A stretch of 64,000 nucleotides of DNA from a virus (IMGVR_UViG_3300011904_000029:6312-70311); one strand, 5' to 3'. Shown: positions 18,763-29,513, counted from the first letter of the stretch. A program made the numbers and translations. Notes: a model not told the origin generated them from the letters alone.

Positions 18763-18859
18763 TTTTTTAGCCTCCTCTTAAAATTAATCTCTCGTTTACT
18801 CCGTTTTCCTTCGCTTTTCATCCTCATTTTTACAATAAAATAGTGGTTTTAATTGATTC

Positions 18860-21154
18860 TTAAGCTGTCAATAACTCCACCTCTTCTTTTTCCATCCAGT
18901 TTGTTTCCGTTATTTCTAAGTCAACCACAACTGGAACTTTCATCCATTTTACATCTTCCATAATTTTCTTAATATAAGGGAAAATCCACTCCTCTCCTTC
19001 ATATACTAAAAATTGTAGTTCGTCATGAATATTTGCTAATGGAAGTGTTTTGCAATTATGTTTACGTAGGAACTCGCCAATCTCTACTACATAACTTTTT
19101 AATAGATCAGCACAAGAGCCTTGTACTAAATAGTTCCCAACTTTATATGCTTTTTCCGTGTCAGATAAATAATAAACTCTTCCATACATGTTTGTAGCGA
19201 AGTTGTCTTTTTGAATCTTCTTTGAAACTTCTCTTTGGTACCTTGCTACTTCTGGAAAAGTATTAGACCACCCAGTGACAAGAGCGTTTGCTACTTCCAT
19301 TGAAACTTCAAGAGATTCAGAAGCTTTTTTTGCTCCACCACCGTAATTCCGCATAAAGTTAAAAGTTTTTCCGATATTTCTCCAATATCCTCTAAAAGTT
19401 TTCTCGTCAATTATTGGCTTTTCATTATGTGAGTATTTCTTATATTTTTCTTCTGTAACATATTTCAATGCTTCTAATGCATTATGAGTAGTTTCGCTAT
19501 GTACATCGGTTGGAGTCCAATGGGTACCGTCTTCTTGTATCCAAGCAGATTTTCCTTCTGGAGTTTTTTCTGACCACCTTTTACGATCAGCATCATTCTC
19601 AAATTGATACATTTCACCTGTTAAATAATGTTTGCAGTACAGTGGCATATAAGCTCTGCATAAATTTAAATCAGGTTTTCCTAATAACACACTGTAATTG
19701 GCCTGTGCTCTCAATTCAATCTGGGAAAGGTCAAAATAGGCAATTTTACTATATTTTCCACCTCGTACTACAAATGCCCTCCTGGGAGAAAATATCTCCA
19801 TTTCTATTGGTGCTTTCCCTTCCCCATGCTCTTTTTCATATTTTTCTCCTTCTTCAGTTAAAATTCTTTCTTTAGGAAATTGTTGTGCATCTGATCCCAA
19901 TCTTCCTGAGACAGTGTTAAATTGTCCATACTGGGTATAAAAGTTTCCATCATACTCTGCAACTTCCATAATCCTTGAAATATATGTAGATTGCCATTTT
20001 TCTAGACGCCTTAGCCTCGTTATAATTTGTGCAACTCGGTTATCTTTGTGTTTTTTTAAAAACGCCTTATCAGTAGAACCTATTACTTCTCCTGTAATTT
20101 TTTCAAAGTATTCTCCTATTACTTTGCTTTGTGAGACAGTAAAATACTCTCCTACAATTTCCCACATTTCCTCGTATAACTTTTGGATTTCTTGATCACA
20201 TTTTACAAAAGAATCCTGTAAATAATCCATATTTACAGTCATTCCTACACGTTCCATTCTTAATAATTCCATTAACAATTTATTTTCTTGTTGAAAAAGT
20301 TTTTGTTGTTTTCGTTGTAAAATGTTTATATAAAACTTTTCTACAATTTCTAATGTATAAATTCCGTCACTATGAACATATTCCATCATTACATTTTTAT
20401 CTACTTCTGAATAGTTTGCAAAAGGATGTTCTTCCATCCACCTAAAATAAGCTTCTTCTACTTCTTTTGGAACTTCCAGCCATCTTTGCTTACGTTCTTT
20501 TGTAAACATATCCATATCATTGCGTTTTTTGACTTTATAGGCTTCTTTTAATTTCCCTATGCCCCATCCCAGTTCTTTTAATATCTCCTTTAGGATATTT
20601 CGTTTTTGGTCATTTATTTTTCTTAATTCCTTCTTTACCTCAGATTCAAATTCTGCTGCTCTTTCATCAATGTACTTTTCTGAAACCTTTTTTAGCCCTA
20701 ATAAATCTCCACCATCTCTAGCTGAAACTGCATCGAATGAAAATCTACAAATTCCCATTGTGTCAGAAATATTTGAGAGATTGAAAACTTCCTCTTCTGG
20801 TATCCCCCCATTAATCATCATATGGAGATCGAATTTTGTGTTGTGCCCCACTGCCATTTGAAATTTTTTTATAAGCTCTACAACTTGTTTCAATATTTCT
20901 GTACCATGTTCAAATGCAAACACTCTTCCCTTAAAATTTTCCTTTTGTTTTTGTTTAGGTAAAAGCCAGCCAAATACCCACATAAACGGTTTATCTTTTT
21001 TAATATGTAATCCTGTAGTTTCCGAGTCAAATACACAAAGCTTTGGATTATCTTCATAAAAATAATTATTTATTTCACTAAAACTTGTTACCCAGTATTT
21101 CTTATATTTAAATGTTACTTCAGTTTCTAGTTTAGGAGAGATTAATATAACTTT
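18860..21154 (-). CDS. family A DNA polymerase with 3-prime-5-prime exonuclease domain (true start upstream of track ORF; no canonical start codon in frame)
   Basis: motif A YFDLSQIELRAQ, motif B RNIGKTFNFMRNYGGG, motif C LANIHDELQF; Exo II HNTKFDLHMM; Exo I VFDSETTGL lies in frame upstream of the track start 20983, frame open to 21154. Confidence 0.8.
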   Translation of the reverse strand, partial: KVILISPKLETEVTFKYKKYWVTSFSEINNYFYEDNPKLCVFDSETTGLHIKKDKPFMWVFGWLLPKQKQKENFKGRVFAFEHGTEILKQVVELIKKFQMAVGHNTKFDLHMMINGGIPEEEVFNLSNISDTMGICRFSFDAVSARDGGDLLGLKKVSEKYIDERAAEFESEVKKELRKINDQKRNILKEILKELGWGIGKLKEAYKVKKRNDMDMFTKERKQRWLEVPKEVEEAYFRWMEEHPFANYSEVDKNVMMEYVHSDGIYTLEIVEKFYINILQRKQQKLFQQENKLLMELLRMERVGMTVNMDYLQDSFVKCDQEIQKLYEEMWEIVGEYFTVSQSKVIGEYFEKITGEVIGSTDKAFLKKHKDNRVAQIITRLRRLEKWQSTYISRIMEVAEYDGNFYTQYGQFNTVSGRLGSDAQQFPKERILTEEGEKYEKEHGEGKAPIEMEIFSPRRAFVVRGGKYSKIAYFDLSQIELRAQANYSVLLGKPDLNLCRAYMPLYCKHYLTGEMYQFENDADRKRWSEKTPEGKSAWIQEDGTHWTPTDVHSETTHNALEALKYVTEEKYKKYSHNEKPIIDEKTFRGYWRNIGKTFNFMRNYGGGAKKASESLEVSMEVANALVTGWSNTFPEVARYQREVSKKIQKDNFATNMYGRVYYLSDTEKAYKVGNYLVQGSCADLLKSYVVEIGEFLRKHNCKTLPLANIHDELQFLVYEGEEWIFPYIKKIMEDVKWMKVPVVVDLEITETNWMEKEEVELLTA

Positions 21155-21165
21155 TCACCCCTTTA

Positions 21166-22866
21166 TTAAAAATACAAAACATCATTTATTTTCATTTTTA
21201 CTATTTCTATTTGAGGAATTTGCTTTCCATCCCAATTATTAATTTTAAACCTTCCTACTATATCCATGTAAAAAGTTTCTCCTTCAGAAAAATAGGATTC
21301 GAAAAGATCTTTTTTAAAGTAAAGTTTAATAAATTCAATGCAACTGTTATGTATCATTTTAAGATTCTTAACTCTCTTACCTACTAGACTAATATTTTCT
21401 ATTTGAAATCTAACATCTTTAATAGCAAACTCTGGTTCTTTTAAAACCGACCCCCATTCATCTCTGTACGATGCAATCTCAGTTATTAAATCTTTGTCAA
21501 GGTCACCTTCTTCTAAAATAAAATCAACTTCATAACTGTCTAAATCAATTTCATCTTTAAGATTTTCTTCAAAATATGAATGTAGTTTAGGTATTTCAGC
21601 TTCTTCAATTTCAACTCCAAATGCATTGGGGTGTCCTTCGCATAACTTAAATAATTTTGATCCGATAAGAAATTTTTTAAAATCTTTTATTTCGCCTTGT
21701 TCAAAACCTCTGGCAGATCCTCCATATAAGGATTCTTTTAGTTTTCGCAACAAAATAACTGGTCTTTTATATTTTTTTGCAATTTGATTGGCTGCAAGAC
21801 CTGTAAAGTTTTTATCCATTAAGTCTGTTACATCAATAATTAAAGCTTTCATTTTTAATAAATTCTTTTTTACAACGTATTCTTCAATACTTACTAAACC
21901 CTTATCTTTAGCTTTATTTTGCCTTGCTCTGGTATTTGTTGCAGCTCTTACTGTAGCAACCTGAATAGGTTCGTACTCATTTTTCCGTTTATAAAATAGC
22001 ATATCCTTTGATTCTAAAAAGGATTTCATCATATTGTTTTTCTCTTGTGCTGTTGAAGCTCGTACAATTGCATTTATCAATGGAACAACGTAAAAAGCCA
22101 CATTATGTATATTTACGATTCCTTTCATAGAAAAATCTTGTTTAAAAATAATTTCTTTTATAAAAGGGTTTTTAATTTTCTCTAACCCCTTTTTTACATA
22201 ATACCGTGTCTCTAATTCCCTTAGATCCATCATGTCACCAACATTGCCAATTGCTACTAAATCTAGAAAATCGTCTGCATAGGATTCAGAAAACTTCTCG
22301 TCCAAGGCTTGGCAAAATTTATATACAATTCCTGCACCTGATAAATTTTTATTTAAGTATTGAGGAGAAAGTTGGTTATTTACAATAATCGCATGTTCAG
22401 ATTCCTTTTCACATTCATGATGATCCAAAACAATAACATCTATTCCTTTTTGATTTAACTCTAAATGTTCCTTTTCTTGATTGGAGCCAGCATCAGGAAT
22501 AATTACAAGCGATACATCGTTTGGAACATTTTTTAGAGCAATTCCATGTTGCTTACCAGTCTGAAGACTCCAAACAATATTTACATTGGGATTAATTCTT
22601 CTAAGATAATTTATTAAAATAGCTGCTGAACAATAACCATCACAATCACTATCGACTTGTACAAAAATTTTATTATTTTCTTTCATATGTTTAACTAGAC
22701 ATTTTACAGCCCTGTCTATATTTTTTAAATATTTGTAGGGGATAATATGTTGTTTTCCAACGTTTAGTATTTCTTCAATATTTTCTGGAGCAACACCTCT
22801 ATTCCTAAATATTGTTCCAATAGGATCAAGATTAAAATTGTTTTCACCAATCAGTTTAAAGTTCAA
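21166..22866 (-). CDS. RecJ-like DHH-family single-strand DNA exonuclease
   Basis: 566 aa; DHH motifs VDSDCDGYCS, IIPDAGSN, VLDHHE. Confidence 0.65.
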   Translation of the reverse strand: MNFKLIGENNFNLDPIGTIFRNRGVAPENIEEILNVGKQHIIPYKYLKNIDRAVKCLVKHMKENNKIFVQVDSDCDGYCSAAILINYLRRINPNVNIVWSLQTGKQHGIALKNVPNDVSLVIIPDAGSNQEKEHLELNQKGIDVIVLDHHECEKESEHAIIVNNQLSPQYLNKNLSGAGIVYKFCQALDEKFSESYADDFLDLVAIGNVGDMMDLRELETRYYVKKGLEKIKNPFIKEIIFKQDFSMKGIVNIHNVAFYVVPLINAIVRASTAQEKNNMMKSFLESKDMLFYKRKNEYEPIQVATVRAATNTRARQNKAKDKGLVSIEEYVVKKNLLKMKALIIDVTDLMDKNFTGLAANQIAKKYKRPVILLRKLKESLYGGSARGFEQGEIKDFKKFLIGSKLFKLCEGHPNAFGVEIEEAEIPKLHSYFEENLKDEIDLDSYEVDFILEEGDLDKDLITEIASYRDEWGSVLKEPEFAIKDVRFQIENISLVGKRVKNLKMIHNSCIEFIKLYFKKDLFESYFSEGETFYMDIVGRFKINNWDGKQIPQIEIVKMKINDVLYF

Positions 22867-22881
22867 TTTATTCCTCCTTCA

Positions 22882-23943
22882 TCAATTTATTTTATAAATG
22901 TAATCATTGTAAAGCTTTATCCAGACTTCTTTACCTTTGTCACAGGGCGAGTCTTTTTCATTGAGTAAATTCCCCTTATCAAAAATTACATAACGCAGTC
23001 TGCCTTTTAATTTACTTACCTCGTCAATAATAAAAGCTGTATCTTTATCTTTATCCCAAGCGAATATGAATTTAACCTTTAGACCTAAGTCTTTTAATAA
23101 ACGTATTTGGTGATCTGAAAGACTGTCTCCTTCGATACTAATCACATTTTTGTACCCCCATTGGTATAAAAGCATTACAGTTTTTGCACCCTCTACAATA
23201 ATTACTTCTTGTTTTTTCTTGATTTCGGGCAATGCTCTATGTAGATTGAAGAATTCAATAGATTTGTTGCAGGGCACAAGATAAAGATATTTATACTTAT
23301 CCTCAATTTCCTGATTTTTACCACAGTACCTACCTTTTACCCCAATTAAATCCCCTTGTTTATTGTGTATTGGGAAAGTGATTCTATCACTCAGAACATC
23401 TATACCAACATTAAAATATCTTTGTGTACTTGTGGAGATACCTTCTTTAACCCACCCAAGGTAAGGAATATTCCCAAAGTATTTTAAAATATGTAATGGT
23501 TTGATTTCATTTTCTAATGTTTGAGTCATAGTTTCTTTGTCAATTTTCTTTAACCACTCATTATAACTCGGTTTTACTCTTGTTTCTTCTGCTGTATCTT
23601 TATAAAAATCATCAATAAATTCAAAATACCCTAATTTGTTACATAGCCAATATTTACTTTTGGATAAGTATTCCAGACGCTTTTCAGCCGTAACACCTTC
23701 AAAAATTATATAACTTACAATATCGAAAATACTGCCTTCTATTCCTCGAGATCTTATATGACTCGATAGGTTTTCATTGTTCTTAACTTGCACACTTCGT
23801 TTGTTTTCTCCGTCCGGAAGACCTGCTACATATAGTTTGCCATTTTGCTCAGTATCAATTCCCCAACAACCTAACAATATTAGCACTTCGTCTATTCTTT
23901 TTTCTTTATAGATTCTTAATTTAATTTGCTGAAGGTCAGTCAA
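22882..23943 (-). CDS. DnaG-like DNA primase (TOPRIM domain)
   Basis: 353 aa; VIIVEGAKTVMLL ... ISIEGDSLSD ... FAWDKDKD TOPRIM acidic motifs. Confidence 0.5.
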   Translation of the reverse strand: MTDLQQIKLRIYKEKRIDEVLILLGCWGIDTEQNGKLYVAGLPDGENKRSVQVKNNENLSSHIRSRGIEGSIFDIVSYIIFEGVTAEKRLEYLSKSKYWLCNKLGYFEFIDDFYKDTAEETRVKPSYNEWLKKIDKETMTQTLENEIKPLHILKYFGNIPYLGWVKEGISTSTQRYFNVGIDVLSDRITFPIHNKQGDLIGVKGRYCGKNQEIEDKYKYLYLVPCNKSIEFFNLHRALPEIKKKQEVIIVEGAKTVMLLYQWGYKNVISIEGDSLSDHQIRLLKDLGLKVKFIFAWDKDKDTAFIIDEVSKLKGRLRYVIFDKGNLLNEKDSPCDKGKEVWIKLYNDYIYKIN

Positions 23944-23955
23944 TTTACCACCTAC

Positions 23956-25455
23956 TTAAAAAGAGCCTCCTACTCTTGGAACTTTTACATAAGCAACCTC
24001 TTTAAATGAATTAATGTCATAATTAGCTTCATAGATTATTTGCTCTTCTTCTGATCCAAATCTATTTTTAGCTAAAAATACAACCATATATTGTTTTTTT
24101 GGATCAAGTTTATAAGGTTCTTGAAACCACTCTTCTGATATTTCGTCTTTTTTGTAATTATAGGGTTTTAATGCAAATTTTCCTCCAGGATATTCGTCAG
24201 AGAACAATAATCTTCCCATCATAACTACACTAGCAACTTCATTGATTTCCATACTTTTCCCTGTACTATCTAAGTCTAGAAAACGTGACTCTTTGCCTAA
24301 CTTTAATTGAACCGTAGCCAATGTTCCTACATTATAATTATCTTCCTTGATCAAGTCATGTAACTCTTGTGCAGAATTTGAAAAATGTTCCCAACGTGCC
24401 ATGTCGCTCTGAGAACGATCAGGCTTAAAAGTGTCAATAATCAATTTACTATATCCCTGGGGACGGTACTGTTCTACTCTGCTAAAAATATCCTCCAAAC
24501 GATATTTTTTTAATTCTAAAGTTTTAATAAGTCCTTTTCCATGTTCATTTGCCCATTCCTTAGCTATTTCTAATTTATTTAATGTTTTATCATTGAAATT
24601 ACCTTCAAACATTTTATCTCTATTAATTGGATTCTTATTTATTTTAGATGCAATTGTGGCAAGAAGCAGCGCTCGCCATTTGCTAACACTTTCTTCGTTA
24701 ATTGCTAATAATGCTTTTTCCTGATTTTCAAATAAACTAAGAATAAATTTTTCCATTGCGATTGAACTTTTTCCTACACCAGATGACAGTATTAAATAGT
24801 ATAACGCTCCATTCTTCCACCCCTTAATTTTCCTATTTAACCTTGGGGCATCGTGCAAGGGTATACCCATTGTATCTCCGGCATTTAACTCTTTTATTGT
24901 TTCATCTAAATCTTCAACTAAATCATGCTCTACAACATCTCCTGAATTTATATGAGAAAAAGCTTCTCTGTATTTAACTTGAATGTACAATTCAACTTGT
25001 TTTAAATTCATTTTTGTTAATTTCAAAATTAAGTCTTTATCGTTTATATCAATCAATGATTCTTTTTGTAGCTTTCTTAAACTCTCATACTTCTGAATTT
25101 CATTAAAGTGATACTCTTCATTTTGATCTTGTTCGATACATCTGTCCATTAATTCCTTAATTGTCTCGTATCCTCCAAAATCATTATAAGCATCTATGTA
25201 ACTCTTTTTTCCAACCTCCTTCGGGCGAGAAACTAAAAATGAGTATACAGTTTTATTATCAAAATGTCTTATTCCTTCCTCATACATTTGCCGTCCGACT
25301 GTATAGTAAAAAAACCATACTGATTCAGTAAAAGTTTCATCCGTTATTTTATGTGTTCGGTACTTTTGAAACAAACTAGGATTCGCCCACATGTAACCGT
25401 TAAATAAAGATTCATGTATAAATGAAGGTTCAACAAATTCCTTTAAATATTTCAT
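23956..25455 (-). CDS. DnaB-like replicative DNA helicase
   Basis: 499 aa; Walker A YLILSSGVGKSS, Walker B-like KLIIDTF; positioned between primase and polymerase. Confidence 0.5.
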   Translation of the reverse strand: MKYLKEFVEPSFIHESLFNGYMWANPSLFQKYRTHKITDETFTESVWFFYYTVGRQMYEEGIRHFDNKTVYSFLVSRPKEVGKKSYIDAYNDFGGYETIKELMDRCIEQDQNEEYHFNEIQKYESLRKLQKESLIDINDKDLILKLTKMNLKQVELYIQVKYREAFSHINSGDVVEHDLVEDLDETIKELNAGDTMGIPLHDAPRLNRKIKGWKNGALYYLILSSGVGKSSIAMEKFILSLFENQEKALLAINEESVSKWRALLLATIASKINKNPINRDKMFEGNFNDKTLNKLEIAKEWANEHGKGLIKTLELKKYRLEDIFSRVEQYRPQGYSKLIIDTFKPDRSQSDMARWEHFSNSAQELHDLIKEDNYNVGTLATVQLKLGKESRFLDLDSTGKSMEINEVASVVMMGRLLFSDEYPGGKFALKPYNYKKDEISEEWFQEPYKLDPKKQYMVVFLAKNRFGSEEEQIIYEANYDINSFKEVAYVKVPRVGGSF

Positions 25456-25468
25456 TCAAGCCCCCCCC

Positions 25469-26056
25469 CTACAAAAACTCAGATATATCTAATTCGTCTT
25501 TCTTTTTTTGTTTTATTGGAACTTCATAATCAGATATATTTCTTATCGGTTTTTTATCAATTTTTACTTTTTCTTGATGCTTTATAACCTGTACAACTTC
25601 ATTGACGTTATTTACCATGATTGCGAAGATATACGAAAACTCATTCCATTTATTTTGAAATGTAACATTGTTCAAGGCATATTCGATTTTTCCCTCAGCA
25701 TGTTTATAACTATCCAACATCAATTGAAAGGAGATTCCTTTTTTATACTTCTTGATCTTTCTACCCTTAATTGAGATAGAACCGTTCCTAAAATCTTGTA
25801 ATTTACCTATCATCCTGGTATTAAGAACCTCTAGATTATGAATTTTTAATAGGTAATTATATAGTTTGTCAAATTCCTCAAGTTCCTTTTGTTTTTTCTC
25901 CTTATCATTCAAATACTCAGTATGACATGCGTAGTGAAAATATCTTCTTCGCATTTTTTCTGTTCCATTTTTATTATACTTTCCAGTGGCAGTTGCTTCA
26001 CAATACATTAAACTTTTATCGTGCTTCTCTTTGCACCAAAAGCAGGTTACTTTCAT
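25469..26056 (-). CDS. hypothetical protein with N-terminal zinc finger
   Basis: 195 aa; CFWC...C...H..CH. Confidence 0.4.
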   Translation of the reverse strand: MKVTCFWCKEKHDKSLMYCEATATGKYNKNGTEKMRRRYFHYACHTEYLNDKEKKQKELEEFDKLYNYLLKIHNLEVLNTRMIGKLQDFRNGSISIKGRKIKKYKKGISFQLMLDSYKHAEGKIEYALNNVTFQNKWNEFSYIFAIMVNNVNEVVQVIKHQEKVKIDKKPIRNISDYEVPIKQKKKDELDISEFL

Positions 26057-26121
26057 AAAATTATCCCTCTTTGATAATATTGTGGGAACAGATTTTATTC
26101 TGCCCCCACATTTTTTATAAT

Positions 26122-27276
26122 TTATTTAATAATATTATTTACAATTTTTAAAGCTTTCTTCAAATTTTCAGCATTTCCTTCTTCTTGCTTATAATTTTTA
26201 ATTCCAAATTCCTTATTAAAAGCTTCTGCTGCTTGAACTTTTTGTTCACGTGACATAGAATCTACAATTTTATCAACTTCTGCTAACAAAGCAACTGGAT
26301 CATTTTCAAGTTTATCAGCCACTTCTTTCGCTTTTTCTTCACGATCTTCCTGTTCCTCTTTTTTTAACTCTTCAACTGAACGTGAGGTCTTTTTAAGCTG
26401 TCCTTTTACCGCTTCTTCAAACACTTCTAAAAATTTCTCTGCACTATATTCTACCTTATCTGGAAGGTTAGTGTATCTTCCTCCTGCAATTTCAACGTAT
26501 TCAGAAGGCCGGAAGTACATATAAGTTTTAGTTTCATGGAAATTACTTGCAATCTCACGTTTCTTTTTATCTTGTTTATTATCTTCGAGAATTGTACCGT
26601 CTTTATCTTTTACATATGTCTCATTATGCAAGCAGCAGATTAGACTCGCTTGTGATTCGAAAACTTTTTTTCCTGAATTTGACATCATTAATTGAATTGA
26701 ATTGTATTTTAACCCGTTATGCAAAGTTGTTTCTTTTTCTTTAGTCCATGCTAAGTAGACAAGCCCGTATCCTGCATTTTTTAAAGTATCAAAAGGTTTC
26801 TTAAGTTCTTCATACAGAGCGACCCATCCATTTTCTTTTCCATTGGTGGATTCTGAAATATCTTGTAAGGAATCAAAAGTTTTTCCATACTTTCTCCCAC
26901 GATCATGCATAATCCATGCTGTACAAGCATCAATGGCCCTATCTGCCGTATCTACTCCGATTAATTTTGTAATTCTTCCTTCTTTAGCCTCTTTGACAAG
27001 GGCTGGTACAACTTCTTTCTTAAAGTATTCCCAAACTTTCCATAAATCGCTATCTGTTCCCTCTTCATGTAATGGGACAATGTTATCCAATTCCCACGTC
27101 TCATATCCGTCCTCAAAAGCAAGTAATAAAGATTCGTCTGGTGATTTATAATGAAGTTCTGTTATTTCTTTCCATAACCTGGTTTTTCCGCTTTTGTACC
27201 CCCCAACAATAAGTGTAATAATACTTTCCAATTCCACTTTAGGTACATTTTTTACAACTCTTTTTCTAAATGACAT
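26122..27276 (-). CDS. P-loop ATPase (RecA/AAA-like, replication/recombination associated)
   Basis: 384 aa; Walker A IVGGYKSGKT, Walker B-like LIGVDTAD. Confidence 0.4.
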   Translation of the reverse strand: MSFRKRVVKNVPKVELESIITLIVGGYKSGKTRLWKEITELHYKSPDESLLLAFEDGYETWELDNIVPLHEEGTDSDLWKVWEYFKKEVVPALVKEAKEGRITKLIGVDTADRAIDACTAWIMHDRGRKYGKTFDSLQDISESTNGKENGWVALYEELKKPFDTLKNAGYGLVYLAWTKEKETTLHNGLKYNSIQLMMSNSGKKVFESQASLICCLHNETYVKDKDGTILEDNKQDKKKREIASNFHETKTYMYFRPSEYVEIAGGRYTNLPDKVEYSAEKFLEVFEEAVKGQLKKTSRSVEELKKEEQEDREEKAKEVADKLENDPVALLAEVDKIVDSMSREQKVQAAEAFNKEFGIKNYKQEEGNAENLKKALKIVNNIIK

Positions 27277-27345
27277 ACTACAACATCTCTCCTCGATTTA
27301 TATTTATTTAATTTTAGGTAGACTGATTACATGCTTTTGCATCTA

Positions 27346-28695
27346 TCAAAACGGAAGATCGTCCTCACTTATTTCTACACTAGCAAACGGACTATCTTCA
27401 GGATCTTTTTCTGTTTCTGGCATAATTTCTTCTTCTGTTAAAAGGTTCTTTTTATATGTACCTGTTACATAGTTTAAAATCTCTAACCCTTTTTTAGTTC
27501 CAGTAGATACCTGTTCATAATCAGTAATTTTTTCCCCTACATCTTCAAAAGGATTATCATCTTCTTTCTCTTCAACTTCTACAAGAGTAAATTCGGCACG
27601 GTTATTGTCAATTCCCTCAACCACTAGAAAAGATAAAGGTTCCAATCTTGAAAAAGCATCTGCTAAAGCTGTTTTACCTTCTTCTGGCTCTGTGTAGTAG
27701 ACTTTTAATTCAACATCTTTTGGTATAGATCTTTCTTTACCGTAGTCAAGATAAACAGCATTTACTTTTGTATCTTTGTTTTCTTCTTGATATGTAGATT
27801 TAATTCCAATTTGCATTTCGAATGAATTAATTTCTTTGAAATTTTCATCCTTAAAATCTCTGATATATGGGATATACTCAAAACCACCATCTTTTTTAGG
27901 AACACGTACTTGGCTTTCGGTATTATTACGAACGGTAATTCTTTCACTTTCCACTACATTTTCCGTATATTCTTGCTTGATCCGTTTACCTTCTTTATCA
28001 TCTTCAACTTTACAGATATAAAGTGTTCCTCCTTCGGGTTGCAGCCATCCTACCCGAATTAAAGCGACTCCTTCTTTATTCGCTTTTCCCATACCTAAAT
28101 AATTTCCTTCGGATTCTGAATCATAAACTCTAAATGTTTCGCCCTCTTTTAATCCTTTAATTTCAACTTCACCATTTTTTAACGGATTTACAAAATCAAT
28201 AATTCGTTTTACCGTGTTAATTTCTTCTCCGTCATCATTTACAAATGAATCAAATTCATAGTGACCTCTAACCTCTGCCCACATATCTTTTTTAATAAAT
28301 TTGGATAAACGCTCTGTCTTGTCCCAATCTGTTTCAATAAGATGATAAGTTTCATCAGGATACTGTGCTTTGTCAAAACGATCTTCCCATTCTAAACGAT
28401 GTGTTTTTTTATGTGTAGAACTGTATGCAAACGCTTGGGGCATTTCCATTCCTGCCAATTCCACTTTCAGTTCGTTTCTAAAAGCTGTTTCAATGTTAAA
28501 TTGTAATACTCTACGATCTTTATCTGTTCGTGTTTTGGTTGTATCAAAAATTTCTACATCATACCAACTGTCAGTATCCTGATCTTTTTTTCTTACAGGC
28601 TTCACTAATCCCACAAATTGAAAACTGTTTGAAAACTCCTTACCTTCATGGTTTTTGTTTAATTTGATATCTCCCTTATTCCGCTTTTTCGCCAT
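27346..28695 (-). CDS. putative single-strand DNA-binding / recombination protein with SSB-like acidic C-terminal tail
   Basis: 449 aa ending ...ISEDDLPF, resembling the SSB C-terminal D-D-D-I-P-F protein-interaction tail. Confidence 0.3.
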   Translation of the reverse strand: MAKKRNKGDIKLNKNHEGKEFSNSFQFVGLVKPVRKKDQDTDSWYDVEIFDTTKTRTDKDRRVLQFNIETAFRNELKVELAGMEMPQAFAYSSTHKKTHRLEWEDRFDKAQYPDETYHLIETDWDKTERLSKFIKKDMWAEVRGHYEFDSFVNDDGEEINTVKRIIDFVNPLKNGEVEIKGLKEGETFRVYDSESEGNYLGMGKANKEGVALIRVGWLQPEGGTLYICKVEDDKEGKRIKQEYTENVVESERITVRNNTESQVRVPKKDGGFEYIPYIRDFKDENFKEINSFEMQIGIKSTYQEENKDTKVNAVYLDYGKERSIPKDVELKVYYTEPEEGKTALADAFSRLEPLSFLVVEGIDNNRAEFTLVEVEEKEDDNPFEDVGEKITDYEQVSTGTKKGLEILNYVTGTYKKNLLTEEEIMPETEKDPEDSPFASVEISEDDLPF

Positions 28696-28756
28696 GCGTA
28701 TTCCTCCATTTATTATTTATTTTATATTTATATGTATCAATAAAATTCCTCTTTTA

Positions 28757-28948
28757 TCAATTTAAATATTTTTGGACAACTTTATTCCAATTAGCTTTTC
28801 TGGTTTTATAGTCTGTGTGAACTTTTTCGACTGTATAAAATTCACTTTCAATACTACTATTCATTTGCGATGCATTTTCTCTTTGCAGACTTCCAAATAA
28901 CACCTCCAAATCACTCACTCTTTCCTCTAAAGTCTTCATCATCCTCAC
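28757..28948 (-). CDS. hypothetical protein
   Basis: 63-aa ORF, first gene after promoter 28983-29011. Confidence 0.35.
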   Translation of the reverse strand: MRMMKTLEERVSDLEVLFGSLQRENASQMNSSIESEFYTVEKVHTDYKTRKANWNKVVQKYLN

Positions 28949-28982
28949 CTCCTTAAAGTTTATAAATCAATATTACTCTTCT

Positions 28983-29011
28983 ATAATACTAATTTATTTA
29001 ATATATGTCAA
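28983..29011 (-). promoter_or_regulatory. sigma-A-type promoter TTGACA-17-TATTAT (conserved family)
   Basis: minus strand TTGACAtatattAAATAAATtagTATTAT; -35 29006-29011, -10 28983-28988. Confidence 0.55.
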
Positions 29012-29015
29012 CCGT

Positions 29016-29273
29016 TTAAATGAAATTTATTTTATGTAATTCTTCAGTAGCAATATCAAAACTTTTATAACCGTCTACAACAATAAATTTGCATCCATCA
29101 GGTTCTCTAAGACCAATTACTAAATTTGATCCGGCACTGGCACACTTAAACTCTCCCACATTCGCATCCATTAATTCCACTCTTATTTCTTCCAACCATC
29201 TCTTGATCTGCCATTCACTAAATAACATACCTTCACTGTAGTCGTAAAACTTTCCTGGATAAATGTCACTCAA
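29016..29273 (-). CDS. hypothetical protein
   Basis: 85-aa ORF. Confidence 0.35.
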   Translation of the reverse strand: MSDIYPGKFYDYSEGMLFSEWQIKRWLEEIRVELMDANVGEFKCASAGSNLVIGLREPDGCKFIVVDGYKSFDIATEELHKINFI

Positions 29274-29513
29274 TTATTTCGCCTTCTTTATATTTAAGTT
29301 TACTACCCTATGAAACACTTCGGCCATTGCTGACCCACCAAGTATAAATATGATCAATGCTTTGCCTGACAAATTCAACATATTATATATGTTCATTAAA
29401 TCCTCGATCTCATCCGGCACATTATCCGTATGTTTCATTATTAAATCCATTAATATCATCAAGATAATGCCGAGTAGCCAGGTTAAACTTATAATTAATG
29501 ATAAGTATTCCAT
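29274..29513 (-). CDS. small membrane protein
   Basis: 79 aa with two hydrophobic helices. Confidence 0.4.
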   Translation of the reverse strand: MEYLSLIISLTWLLGIILMILMDLIMKHTDNVPDEIEDLMNIYNMLNLSGKALIIFILGGSAMAEVFHRVVNLNIKKAK

